The position numbers and the translations under genes were made by a program. Shown here in pieces: positions 1 through 11,319 of a DNA stretch of 64,000 bases (within the stretch, counting starts at the first letter, position 1; each line of letters starts with the position of its first letter). Under the pieces are notes generated by a model. The model searched no databases. It was not told the origin of the DNA and was given only the letters and a program-made list of their open reading frames with translations. Origin of the DNA: Sphyrna mokarran (taxonomy: Eukaryota); assembly GCA_024679065.1 (NCBI GenBank), contig JAGIQG010000009.1, forward strand, positions 75,516,001 through 75,580,000, read 5' to 3'.

Positions 1-518
1 TGAGCAGCTTGGCCTCTGTCACTGAGGAGCCCAGGGGATTTCTAATTATTATAGCAACATGACACAACCTGAAGCATTTCCAGCCCAAATTGACTCTTCC
101 TATTCAGCCACCAGGTGTGAGGGCCAGTCACTGCACAAGCACATTGAGCTGGACCTAGGGAACCAGGGGTGGAAAGAGAGAGGCAGATTGGAGACTGGCG
201 GTAGCAAAGGCATTCTAAACCATAGAAAGAGGCCATTCGGACCATCATCTTTGAAAGAGCCTGTTTAATTCATCTCCTCTCCCCTGCTGCTCTAAATATC
301 CAGGCCGTCAAAAAGGGAGTGAGGAGTGAAATGGATGCAGGGCGGTGGGGGGCAGGGGAGTGGGAAAAGAGGAGAGAGAGAGAGAAGGAAAGAGGGGGGG
401 GGGGGGGGGAGAGAGAGTTAAGCAGTGAGAAGGCGAGCACAGAGACAGTCTGGGAACTGATCCACAGTCAGGGACATCATGAGCTGTGGTTGCTGGAGGC
501 TGGATCGTTACTCGCGTT

Positions 519-531
519 CAGCAGGGGGCGC
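519..531 (+). promoter_or_regulatory. CTCF-like motif (CAGCAGGGGGCGC)
   Basis: Close match to the CTCF core CCASYAGRKGGCRS in a locally CpG-rich segment (about 500-720) of an otherwise CpG-depleted window. Confidence 0.55.
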
Positions 532-586
532 GGTGCGTGAATATTCATCGAGATACAGAAGGAACTGGGACGAAGGCGCCTGGCTT

Positions 587-614
587 TTCAGCACCAAGGA
601 CTAGTGACAGCTCC
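587..614 (+). promoter_or_regulatory. RE1/NRSE-like REST site
   Basis: Perfect left half TTCAGCACC (587-595) followed by AAGGAC. A right-half-like TGACAGCTCC lies at 605-614 (9-nt spacer). Confidence 0.45.
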
Positions 615-942
615 CCATCACAAGGTGAGATCTTTCAATTGGAAGAGTTTCGTTTCTTTTTTCGCGATGCTGATTCCGAGGGAGAAGGAGGACTTTTCTT
701 TCGCTTCGGTGCACGCCAGCTGTGCTCTTTAGGGCAGAGCTATCTCTGGGGGACGGATAGAAACAGAGGTGAAGAGGGAAAGAGCTCAGCGCTGAGAGAG
801 CTACCAGCCCTCTCTCCTCTCTCCTCCTGGCCCATACAGCTGGAGTTACCAGCCACCGACTCGAATCACAAATCTCCTTCATCTCCCCAAACAGTCGCCT
901 GAAGGTTGGTCTGTCTCAAGCTGGGTCAGCAATAGTTCAGCA

Positions 943-2275
943 TTGAACAGTTTCAGGAGTAACTCGGGACTGGTCAGTTTCAGGAGTAATTCGGGACTGG
1001 TCCGTTTCAGGAGTAATTCGGCACTGGTCAATTTCAGGAGTCATTCGGGACTGATCAATTTCAGGAGTCATTCGGGACTGGTCAATTTCAGGAGTAACTC
1101 TGGACTGCTCAGTTTCAGGAGTAACTCAGGACTGGTCAGTTTCAGGAGTAATTCGGGACTGGTCAGTTTCAGGAGTAATTCGGGACTGGCCAGTTTCAGG
1201 ATTAATTCGGGACTGGTCAGTTTCAGAACTCGGGACTGGCCAGTTTCAGGAGTAATTCGGGACTGGTCAGTTTTAGGAGTAACTCAGGACTGGTCAGTTT
1301 TAGGAGTAAGTCGGGACTGGTCAGTTTCAGGAATAATTCGGGACTGGTCAATTTCAGGAGTAATTCGGGACTGGTCAGTTTCAGGAATAATTCGGGACTG
1401 GTCAGTTTCAGGATTAATTCAGGACTGGTCAGTTTCAGAACTCAGTACTGGTCAATTTCAGGAGTAACTCAGGACTGGTCAGTTTCAGGATTAATTCGAG
1501 ACTGGTCAGTTTCAGAAACCAGTACTGGTCAGTTTCAGGAGTAATTCGGGACTGGTTAGTTTCAGGAATAATTCGGGACTGGTCAGTTTCAGGAATAATT
1601 CGGGACTGGTCAATTTCAGGAGTAATTCGGGACTGGTCAGTTTCAGAACCCAGTACTGGTCAGTTTCAGGAGTAATTCGGGACTGGTCAGTTTCAGGAAT
1701 AATTCGGGACTGGTCAATTTCAGGAGTAATTCGGGACTGGTCAGTTTCAGGAATAATTCGGGACTGGTCAATTTCAGGAGTAATTCGGGACTGGTCAGTT
1801 TCAGAACCCAGTACTGGTCAGTTTCAGGAGTAATTCGGGACTGGTCAGTTTCAGGAATAATTCGGGACTGGTCAGTTTCAGGATTAATTCAGGACTGGTC
1901 AGTTTCAGAACCCAGTACTGGTCAGTTTCAGGAGTAATTCAGGACTAGTCAATTTCAGGAGTAACTCAGGACTGGTCAGTTTCAGGATTAATTCGAGACT
2001 GGTCAGTTTCAGAAACCAGTACTGGTCAGTTTCAGGAGTAATTCAGGACTAGTCAATTTCAGGAGTAACTCAGGACTGGTCAGTTTCAGGATTAATTCGA
2101 GACTGGTCAGTTTCAGAACCCAGTACTGGTCAGTTTCAGGAGTAATTCGGGACTGGTCAGTTTCAGGAGTAACTCAGGACTGGTCAGTTTCAGGATTAAT
2201 TTGAGACTGGTCAGTTTCAGAACGCAGGGCTGGTCAATTTCAGGACTAATTCGGGACTGGTCAGTTTCAGGAGTA
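943..2275. repeat. 27-bp minisatellite (GGGACTGGTCAGTTTCAGGAGTAATTC)n with a shorter ~23-bp variant unit
   Basis: About 50 tandem units read directly. Explains ORFs 943..1467 and 2113..2334. Confidence 0.97.
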
Positions 2276-2598
2276 GCAGATATTTCAATGGTCACACAGA
2301 CTGGGTAATTTGGGGGGGAGGGGGATGTAGACACGCGTTCTCTGACTGCCCAAACTCCAAACCCCCATCCGGACCATCCCCACTCTTCCCGGGATCTTGC
2401 TGAGCTCCGTGTGGAAGAAGCAGTCTGCCTCTTATCCCCTCACTCATTCCTGGATACCGTCCTTTTCTCTCTCCACACGCTCTTGGCGTCAGCAATGATC
2501 CTCTGTGTTTACCAGCTTTCCGGATCTCCCGGGTTAAGGAGCTGAGGGAGCCAGAGAGAAAAAGACAGCCAGGGGACGGAACTTTCAGCCTGCCTGAG

Positions 2599-2647
2599 GG
2601 CAATGGACTAACCCGGGGCGGCCTGTATGTAGCTACTGGACTATAAA
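2599..2647 (+). promoter_or_regulatory. Candidate core promoter: CAAT-like, GC box, TATA
   Basis: GGCAAT at 2599-2604, GGGGCGG at 2615-2621 and TATAAA at 2642-2647, in canonical order. Confidence 0.4.
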
Positions 2648-2669
2648 GAACACAATCTCCATCCATCCG

Positions 2670-2753
2670 CACTGAAACTAGCTTCCATTTGTCCCCAAGG
2701 AGAAAACTGGAGAAGGGAATTAGAGACAGCTCTCCAGCCAAACACACATAAAG
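2670..2753 (+). other. Candidate non-coding first exon B (start approximate)
   Basis: Starts about 25-30 nt after TATAAA and ends at the strong donor AAG|GTAAGA (2753/2754). Contains no ATG. Confidence 0.4.
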
Positions 2754-3456
2754 GTAAGATGGGAAAATCAACTCTAATTGGCGTCCCAATACCTCGAATT
2801 CAGATTGATCCGATTGGGGATGTATTATTTGAAGTAGGTACTTCTAGGGTTGTGGATTCGAGTTGCAATGTGCATGCTGAATGTTGTTTTGGTGCAAGGT
2901 GATTCATTCAACAAACGGGATTTGCACCGGCCACTCTTCAAGACTGAACAGCCTGTCTGCTGGGAGCTGCTGCCTGTGTGTGTGTGTGTGTTCGGATATT
3001 TAAACATGCTGTCTGTTTACGGGACGCACAGCAATGTGAATGGTTTTGGGTCAGTCAACCAACTAGGGCTCTTCAATCAGCCACCGCTTATACTGCAGAG
3101 TTTCACCTCCTAACTCATTAAAACCCGTCCCTGACCTGAGGCTAGATCTGCTCCATGTGGGGAGCTTTGGCAGGGCAGGAGGGAGGGCCTGGGGTAAACA
3201 GAAAATGCTCCTTTAAGTTGCTGTGGGTGAGCATCTAAAGCAACGAGTTGGTGAATATATCCAAAACACAACTTTGGCTTTCAGACTCCCTCGTTCCTTC
3301 TTTGAAATTTCTCTGCCTTTCCAATGGGGATGGGAAACCAAAAAAAGGATAGAGCAACAACAGTTTGCATTTATATGGCGCCTTCTAGTGAAACAAGATT
3401 CCAAAGCACCTCACAGGGAGCATTATAAAACAACATACGGCTTTGAACAAAATCAG

Positions 3457-3657
3457 AGTTTTGAACGGCCCCATCACACATTAAACTAATCTTTCTTTTC
3501 ACCCTATCAGTAACTGAAACGTTATATTCTGCGCCCTCTCTTTTCCTTCTCCCCTATGTACTCTATGAACAGTATGTTTTGTCTGTAACAGCTCGGAAGA
3601 AATAATACTTTCGCTACATCCCAATACATGTGACAATAAACCCAATCAAATCAAATC
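3457..3657 (+). mobile_element. Rex1/Babar-type LINE 3' end with (AATCA)n tail
   Basis: Matches the reverse complement of the 3' UTR and tail of the element at 60540-61030. Sits inside an older L2-like remnant. Confidence 0.6.
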
Positions 3658-3721
3658 ATTGAACCAAATAAGGATTGATTAAATAGCTTGATTATCAAAT
3701 GTAGATTTAAAGGACTAGCTT

Positions 3722-4055
3722 AGAATCATAGAATCTCCCTGCTGCAGAAGGACGCCATTTGGCCCATTAAATCTGCATTGATTCTCCAAAATAGCATCTG
3801 ATCTAGGTCCACACCCTTGCCCTATCCCCATACATTTACCACGACTAATCCCCCTAACTTACCCACCTTTGGACACCAAGGGGCTACTTAGCATTGTCAA
3901 TCCACCTAACTTGCGCATTTTTGGAGCGTGGCGTGGAAAATGGGACATGTGGAGAAAACCCACACAGACACAGAGGAAAACACGCAAACTCCACACGGTC
4001 ACCCAAGGCCGAAATTGAACCCTGTGAGGCAGCAGTGCTAACCACCATGCCGTCC
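3722..4055 (-). mobile_element. HE1/V-SINE-type tRNA-derived SINE
   Basis: Reverse complement has the tRNA-like head (TGGTTAGCACTGCTGCCTCAC), the V-domain (GTGGAGTTTGC...TCTGTGTGGGTTTTCTCC) and a CR1-like tail (ATTCTATGATTCTA). Confidence 0.85.
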
Positions 4056-4079
4056 TTTCTTTTGCAAGAGAAAAGCAAA

Positions 4080-4720
4080 GTAGAGGTGCGATGAGATAAT
4101 TCTACAACTTAGGGCCTGGTCAGCAGAGGAAATGGACATTGGAAATTGAGCAGTTTCAACAGACAATACTCAAGAGACCAGAATTAAATGAGCACAAATA
4201 TCCTGGGAGGTTATGGGGCTGAGGAAGGTTACAGAGATAGGTGTGTGAGGCCACAGAGCAGTTTGAAAACAAAGGTGAGAATTCCAAAATAGATACATTG
4301 CTCAACACAAGCCAATAAATAGTAGTGAGCAGAAGGGTGAAAAGTCAAAGGGACTTGGGCCAGTTAGGACACATGCAGTAGCATTCTGAATGATATCAGG
4401 TCTGTGGGGAGCTGTAGGTGGGAGAGCAGCCAGGAATGCATTAAAATTGCCAAGTTTAGTGACAGCAGAAGTTTCAGCGAAAGTTTCAGCAGCAGATGAG
4501 CTGAGGTAGGGGGTGAATTGTCAGGCCATTTTACCAGAAATAGCCAGTCCTAGTTTAGGTGTGGATTTGTTGCCTGAACTTCATTTCAGAGTCATGTGCA
4601 AGACAAAGGTTGCAAAGAGCAACCTCAGACAGCTGCCAGGGAGAGGAATGGGGTCAGTGGTTGGGAAGGTGGGATGGGGGGAGCTGAACATAGTGCCTTG
4701 GGTCTTTTTAATGTCTAATT
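4080..4720 (-). mobile_element. Ancient L2-like LINE remnant
   Basis: Degenerate purine-rich segment similar to remnants near 29640-30400 and 59000-60050. No intact ORF. Confidence 0.4.
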
Positions 4721-5754
4721 GATTCTCCACTCATTTCAGCTTGCCTGACACTGCATGTCAACCCAGAGTGGAACAACCATGAGCTGTAGGAAGGCACAAG
4801 CATTCAAACATAGCAATGTACCAGAGAGGCAGGATTAGTGGACCTTGGAAGCAAAAAGTGTGAGAGAGAAATGGTCATCGAATGATGGAGAGCTAGAATG
4901 GAACAGCCACAGAATGGAGTCAGGGGAAAAAAATCACTGAAGGGTCAGAGGATGAGAGAGGAAATGTTGTTAAATAGATGGGGAGTGTTGATGCGTCAAA
5001 CAGATTTACTTAGCTCACTTCAATAATATAGCTAATTATTTACTTGACAAAATATTACCTTAAACACCCTGGGCAGCAACACAAAGTCTGAACATTAGCC
5101 TCATGTCTGACAGGTTGTGTAGATTTTAATAAGTTGTGGAAATAGCTTCTCCAAGGCTGCTCATTGATGATGAAGACAGACCCATCCCTTTCTTTCTCAC
5201 TAAAAAGAAGACAACTCTTTTGATACTATTTTCTTCATGGAATCCTTCATGTGGAAATGCAGCACAATTTGATCATTTATGGTTGCCCGGTTATTGGAGC
5301 TGAGTGGCAAAAAGAGATGAGGAGCCTCGTGTCTTTTCACACCGTACTGTTATTCTCAGTCACTGCTTCTCCCGAGCCACAGTTTTGTTACAATTGACCT
5401 TTTGATGCATGACCTCATAGGAGCAAACTGCTTCATACAACACAGCAATCTCCTGCCTTTCCCTAGATTAAAAATAAAATGTGTGTTTAATTTTTAGCTT
5501 TTTAAGCTCAACATTTCAGCATGTTTTCACCAGACAAGTTTTTTTCCAGAACACAATTTCAACCAATTCTGTCACTTGTTAGAAACAAAAATAATATACA
5601 AAAATATTTATATTCTTATGTTGCCTAACCTGAAACTAAAAAAAACTTCTTTTTGTAACATCACAAATTTAAATTTCGATCAGCCCGAAGTTTTATTATA
5701 ATTTACCTAATTTTAATGTGCTTTCCATCGTTATCTTAAAAAAGAAAACATTAT

Positions 5755-6105
5755 CATAGAATGTCTTTTGTGAAAAAGAAGACCATTTGGCCCATTAGGT
5801 CTGCACCAATTCTGTCACAGCATTTTATCCAGGCCTTACCTTGCTGCCCTATCCCCATATCCTCACAGATTTACCTGACTAATCCTCCCCAATGTACACA
5901 TCTTGGGCCACTAAGGGGCAACCCAGCAGCCCAATCCCCTAACTTGCACATCTTTGGACTCTGGGAGAAAACCAGAACACCCAGAGGAAACCCACGCAGG
6001 CACAGTGAGAACGTGTAAATTCTACACAGATAGTCACCCAAGGCCAGTATTGAACCCAGGTCCCTGGCCTATAAGGTAGCAATGCTAACCATTGTGCCAC
6101 TGTAT
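5755..6105 (-). mobile_element. HE1/V-SINE-type SINE
   Basis: Same head, V-domain and tail motifs as the other copies. Confidence 0.85.
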
Positions 6106-7187
6106 TACCTGGAAAATAGTGGTGCTCTAGTGAGACATGAGCCCCATGACCCCATGAGGACAATCAGCATAATGAATTGTATTAATAGTGAGAATAAGGA
6201 GGCAGTTGTACATCTTACCAAATCACATTACTAGTTATCTAAGATGGCAATAGGCTATTGTTCCTGAGAAATGCTGGAGCATTTCAGTATAGATTTAAAG
6301 TACAGGAAAGGGATGGAATTGGATGGCCAAAATGTATAATTGCTGATAAGGTTTTTGCCTGGAGGGTAACGATGACTCGAATTTCCGTAACGTAATGGGT
6401 CCCAAGGGCACCAGTATTTTATTCCCAAATCTAATAACTTGCGTTGACATAAAACAGAGTGTTCGCCAAACTATGCACATGATGTAATTTGATACATTCT
6501 TCCCTGCAAATTGTTTTGTTTTCCATCGATGTGTAGCGTGACTCTGGTGCAGTTAAGGTATTCTTTTTCTGAGATGAAGATACAGACTGACTGTGCAATC
6601 AGCAGCACATCACAAACACATAGCCAAGCCAGCATTTTGTTTCTGCAATGGCCATAGATTTCTGGGATTTTTACAGACTCCCTCATTTAATTTCAGTGGG
6701 ATAATTTTTCAACTAATCCATATCAGTCTGCTTGCAAGCGTTCTGGTGTTATCCAGCATTCCTAATCTTTACACCTTTCACATTACCGTATTGCCAATTA
6801 GTTTTCATTTGCTTGTCTGATAGAAAGTACAAGGCAAAATTGTTTTCTCTATCAGTTATCCCTTATTTAGGATATGATTTGGCTGGAGGCCTCTGTACAT
6901 TAATCACCTTTGAAAACAATTGTTCTTCATAGTCATTGGGATTCTGACATTCCTCGAAAAACTCTTTTAATTGTGAGTGTTTGGGTTTATCATGTTTCCA
7001 CATTCTCATTATGCAATTCATCTGATTTTCCTCCCAAACTGCATTCAGTAAATGAATGTACTGTTTCTTCTTTGCAGTCCATGATTTAATTTTACTTGCA
7101 TACACTTATATTGATGGGAAGGGGAAAATAACAAAAACATAATTTAACAGGATAGGAATCTAATTATAAATCACTAGAGGCCATTTT

Positions 7188-7362
7188 TTAGAACATAGAA
7201 CATAGAACATAGAACATTACAGCACAGAACAGGCACTTCGGCCTTCGATGTTGCGCCGACCAATATAAAAAGCAATGCCCCTCCAAACTAAACCATTCCC
7301 TTCTCTTCCATATACTTATCAACTAACCTTTTAAACACCACCAAACTTGGCGCATCTACAAC
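7188..7362 (-). mobile_element. CR1 LINE 3' end, (TTCTATG)n tail
   Basis: Closely similar to 53064-53240, the 3' end of the young CR1 at 53064-55080. Confidence 0.85.
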
Positions 7363-7928
7363 TGGTATTGTACATCTACAATTTGGTCCTTTTCCTTGGA
7401 CATTTTGTTGATTCATCCTTGCCCAACATGAATTTTTCCCTATTTCCTTTAAAATGAGACCATAGTTCAAAACATTACTACAATTGGCGAATAATAATGA
7501 ATCTTAATGTTGTCACAGTTTAGATGCACCAAACTACTGGATAAGTATCAGCTTGCCTTTCACCATCAATTGTCACCAGTAAGATAAATGGTCCAGTTTT
7601 CTGGTACATTCTTCCTGAGTGCTCACAGCTGTACAACTGAGTCAGTTCATGTTAAAGGCTTCAACATTCCTTTATTACGGAGCAAATCTTTCATTTCATT
7701 TCTGGTGTTAATGAAGAGGAAATGCTTAGATACAAGACCGCTGGCCCTCCACTATGGCAGCCATAGCATCAATGCCAGCCTTTCAGCCTCAGCACTCTCT
7801 GTCCAAATTAGAATTTAAATAGGAATTAACTGGGCTGTGCCCCTGAAGAGGTTCAGTGGCAATGGTTTCCATTGTGGCAGCACAAAGGTATTGCGAAGAT
7901 AGTCCTTTATCACCTGCCATGAATTCCA

Positions 7929-8816
7929 AAGTGACAGGCTGAATGTCTTGTCAAGCAAGTTACTTTGAGGTAGAGCAATCAAGTAATAACAATATGGTGC
8001 ACGATTTGTGGGCCAGTTTATGAAAAAAGTGTGCATTTTATTACATAAATTTCATATCCTGCAGCCCCTCCTGGTCATACTTGGTGGAAAGAGAAAACAG
8101 AAAGGTTAAAAACAATGTTGAAACTCTCATGAAATGCTAACCCCCATGGTCTACAAGGTGAATCACTAATCGATCTCCCAGTTCCAAAGACATTAGTTCA
8201 GTTCTTTAAACACAGTTGCTCCATTTGTCATCCAAGAGTCAGTTGTGACAGAACCATGCTTTATTGAACAAAATGAAGATAAAAAATAATCACAAGCCTG
8301 TGAAGAACAAATGGGCTGGATTTTACGGCCTTGCTTAAGCGAGACTAGAAATTCCAGCCCAAGGTCAATGGACATTTCTATTGCCCATCCTTCGCCCAAT
8401 TCAGTTCTCTAATGGGCAACACAGTAGAATTATAGCAAATATGTCACTACTGGGACTAAAAAGGATAATGGACCCGCTCATAGTCTTGCTTTATACAGGG
8501 CTCAGTATAGAGCTCTACCTGATTGGCTAATTATCAAACACAGGGAGCTCATACTCAACAAGCCCAACTGGGAGATCAATTAGTGATTCACTGTGTAGAC
8601 CATGGGAGTTATCATGAGAGTTTCAATATTGTTTTTAATCTTCCTGTTTTGTCATTCCACCAAGTATGAACCTGGAGGAGCTGCAGGATGTGAAATTTAT
8701 GTAATAAAATGCATACTTTTTTCACAAACTGGCCCACAAATCGTGCAACATATTGTTATTACTCGATGTCTCCACCTGAAAATAACTTGTTCGACAAGAC
8801 ATTCAGCCTGTCGCTT
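7929..8816. repeat. Long inverted repeat: arms about 7929-8184 and 8565-8816
   Basis: For example GACAGGCTGAATGTCTTGTC...GATCTCCCAGTT is mirrored by AACTGGGAGATC...GACAAGACATTCAGCCTGTC. Roughly 85-90% identical by eye. Confidence 0.9.
8311..8440. mobile_element. Degenerate short MITE-like element
   Basis: Starts TGGGCTGGATTTTAC and is related to 21681-21803. Eroded terminal inverted repeats. Confidence 0.4.
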
Positions 8817-9609
8817 CAAGCTGATACCTAAATAAAATAACACAGCGCGTCTGTACATTCAGCAGTTCAATGTGGCAAATTGAAGCGAGGAGTTAATTAC
8901 TTGTTCACTGTGACAATAATCCCTCAGGCTGGGGGGAGGGGTCAGTCAGTATGATTGCAGTTTCAGATGTGCTGTTATAGCAATAAAAATGCTTTGAAAA
9001 GTTCCAACTGCAACTGTAATTCCTCAATATAGCTTTTTACCCTTGAAAATCGTTGAGGATGAAGCAACAATATAATGTAAATTATTATCAAGATAAATTC
9101 ATACCATATACCTTTAATTTTAAAAATATAAAAAAAAGTTTCTTATGAAAGACTTTCCTTAAATCTCCCAGTTTTACAAGAAAATCTTTCCATTGAAATA
9201 ACTATACTTTAACAGCCACATTAATAACAACTCAAGCCAAGTACCTTAATCACACTCAGTCATTCAAGCCTTATTTGTCCTCATCCAGTTTAAAATATTG
9301 ATTCCTTGTCATGGGTTTATTAACTCAAGTGTGAGAGAATCTCAAGTCACACTATGTACAGAACCAGTTTTCTAAAGTGGCCACCAATGGAAAAATCAGT
9401 ATTTACAATTTGATCATTTGGTCAAAGACTCAGGCTGGAAATATCAGTTTGCAAACCAAAAATAATCAGAAGGACTCAATATTCTAAAATTGGATGATTA
9501 CATACTGCAGAGCAATATTTGGCTGAAGCTAAGGACCAAAAAAAGGTGCAATTACATTGCTCAGGGTAATCTATCTGCCACTAACTAGTGGAAGTTTGTA
9601 GACAAGTCA

Positions 9610-10095
9610 CTAATGGAGTGACAGGAGGGTCATGAAGGGGTGGAGAGTGAGGGTCACTGTGGGATGGAGAGTGAGGGTCACTGAGGGATGGAGAGTGAGG
9701 GTCACTGTGGGATGGAGAGTGAGGGTCACTGTGGGATGGAGAGTGAGGGTCACTGAGGGATGGAGAGTGAGGGTCACTGAGGGATGGAGAGTGAGAGTGA
9801 CTGAGGAATGGAGACTGTGGGTGACTGAGGGATGGAGAGTGAGAGTCTCTAAGGGATGGAGATTGCGGGTGACTGAGGGATGGAGATTGAGGGGACTAAG
9901 GGATGGAGATGAGAGATACTGTGGGATGAAGATTGCAAGTGACTGAGGGATGGAGATTGAGGGGATTGAGGGATAGAGGGTGAAGATCACTGAGGGAGAG
10001 AGACTGAATGTCACTAAGGGAAAGAGGGTGAAAGTCACTGAGTGATGGAGAGTGACGGTGACTGAGGGGTCAAGATTGAGAGGGACTGAGGGATG
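9610..10095. repeat. 24-bp minisatellite (GAGGGATGGAGAGTGAGGGTCACT)n
   Basis: About 20 units, degenerating towards the 3' side. Explains ORFs 9610..10038 and 9632..9946. Confidence 0.95.
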
Positions 10096-10096
10096 C

Positions 10097-10243
10097 TAAA
10101 GGTAAAGTCAGCATAGTCCTAGATGATCAAAGGCTGCTCTCTCTGAGGGGAAAAGCTGACTAGTGGTTAATTAGCCTGAGGATCGTCACATTTCAGGTGA
10201 GGGACAAAGTTGAGAAGGCAGCGACTTCATTTATAATCTCAGC
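10097..10243 (-). mobile_element. SINE-like fragment of a second family
   Basis: Resembles a recalled fish/shark SINE 3' half whose reverse complement ends GACTATG...ACTTTACCTTT. Only one copy in the window. Confidence 0.35.
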
Positions 10244-11319
10244 CAATTTTACCAATGGGCATGTTGATTCAGAAGACCAGCTATTTTTATTCTTTCTGTT
10301 CCTGGAGAAGCAGCAGTGGCTAAGGGAAACACTAAGGGAAACTGTGGCCTTACACAAGAGAGTTTCAATCCTGTTGTGTGGGCAAGAGAGTAGGAAGGCA
10401 GAAAATAAGTGCTGGATGGACACCATGGAGAGAGGATATCCACAGCCTCAACCTGAATTCTCTGCTGGACCATCAGCTGCCTTCCTCCTTTCATTTCACA
10501 ATTGGCATCATACTGTGTTTTGCCATCAGCTAATTCAGGTCAGAGCAGACGGACTACTTACTTTAAATTCACAAAACATCACATCCTAGTCTTTGACCTA
10601 ACGAGCCAGTGAGATTAACTGGCATCTCAAATTATTTGAAAAAAATTATTCAGACTGCACCATATTACATAAGTGAGTTGAATAGTATGTATTACCCCAA
10701 ATCATTAGTTGCTTGTCTTGGAACAGCTCATCCACTTATCTCTATTTAGCTATAAAAATTTCAATTTTTTACTTCCTATCTATCCTCTCACAAAAGTGTC
10801 TGTGCCCCTATCTATCTGTCCATCTCCATTTCTTTTTCTGTACTTGCCTGCGTGCGTTTTTCCTACTCATGTTTGATTATCTGAATGTATAATGACAATC
10901 GGAAATATAAATTCAGAATGTCAAAGCGAAGTTCCTACGTCACTCAGGTCAGATTGCAAGACTGAGAAAAAGCAAATATTATTTTGGAGGGGAGCTGGAT
11001 TATAGAAACCTATGTTGTACACACAGCCTTGCAACCTTTTCACATATTTTGGGCAGCAAGACAAAGGTCATCATACACAGCAGCTATTGAATAAATTATT
11101 GAATAAACAATTTATGGATTAGCTATTAACACAATGTTCTTTTAAAAATCTTTACAAGGTTGCAAGGTTAGAGAAAGATACAATGACCCAGTTAGAGATT
11201 CGATGTCACATTATTTTCACTGTTTCATTCAAAAAAAGCTGGACGAAATCAATAATCACATTGCTGGAGAGAAAGGGTGGAGTGTTAAGTTACAGTTACT
11301 AACATTGTTTTGAAGTCAT

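Larger units (their letters stand above)
450..624 (+). other. Candidate non-coding first exon A (start approximate)
   Basis: CpG-rich segment ending in donor AAG|GTGAGA at 624/625. No ATG-initiated open frame reaches the donor. Confidence 0.35.

Noticed and set aside
587-614. Assigning the locus to a named RE1-containing gene such as BDNF
   Set aside because: I see no diagnostic conserved exon or coding sequence of any named gene.
486-902. 138-aa ORF as host coding exon
   Set aside because: GTG start, no recognisable domain, and it runs through a strong splice donor at 624.
943-1467. 174-aa repetitive ORF (FRSNSGLVS)n
   Set aside because: Minisatellite translation with a non-ATG start that shifts frame mid-array.
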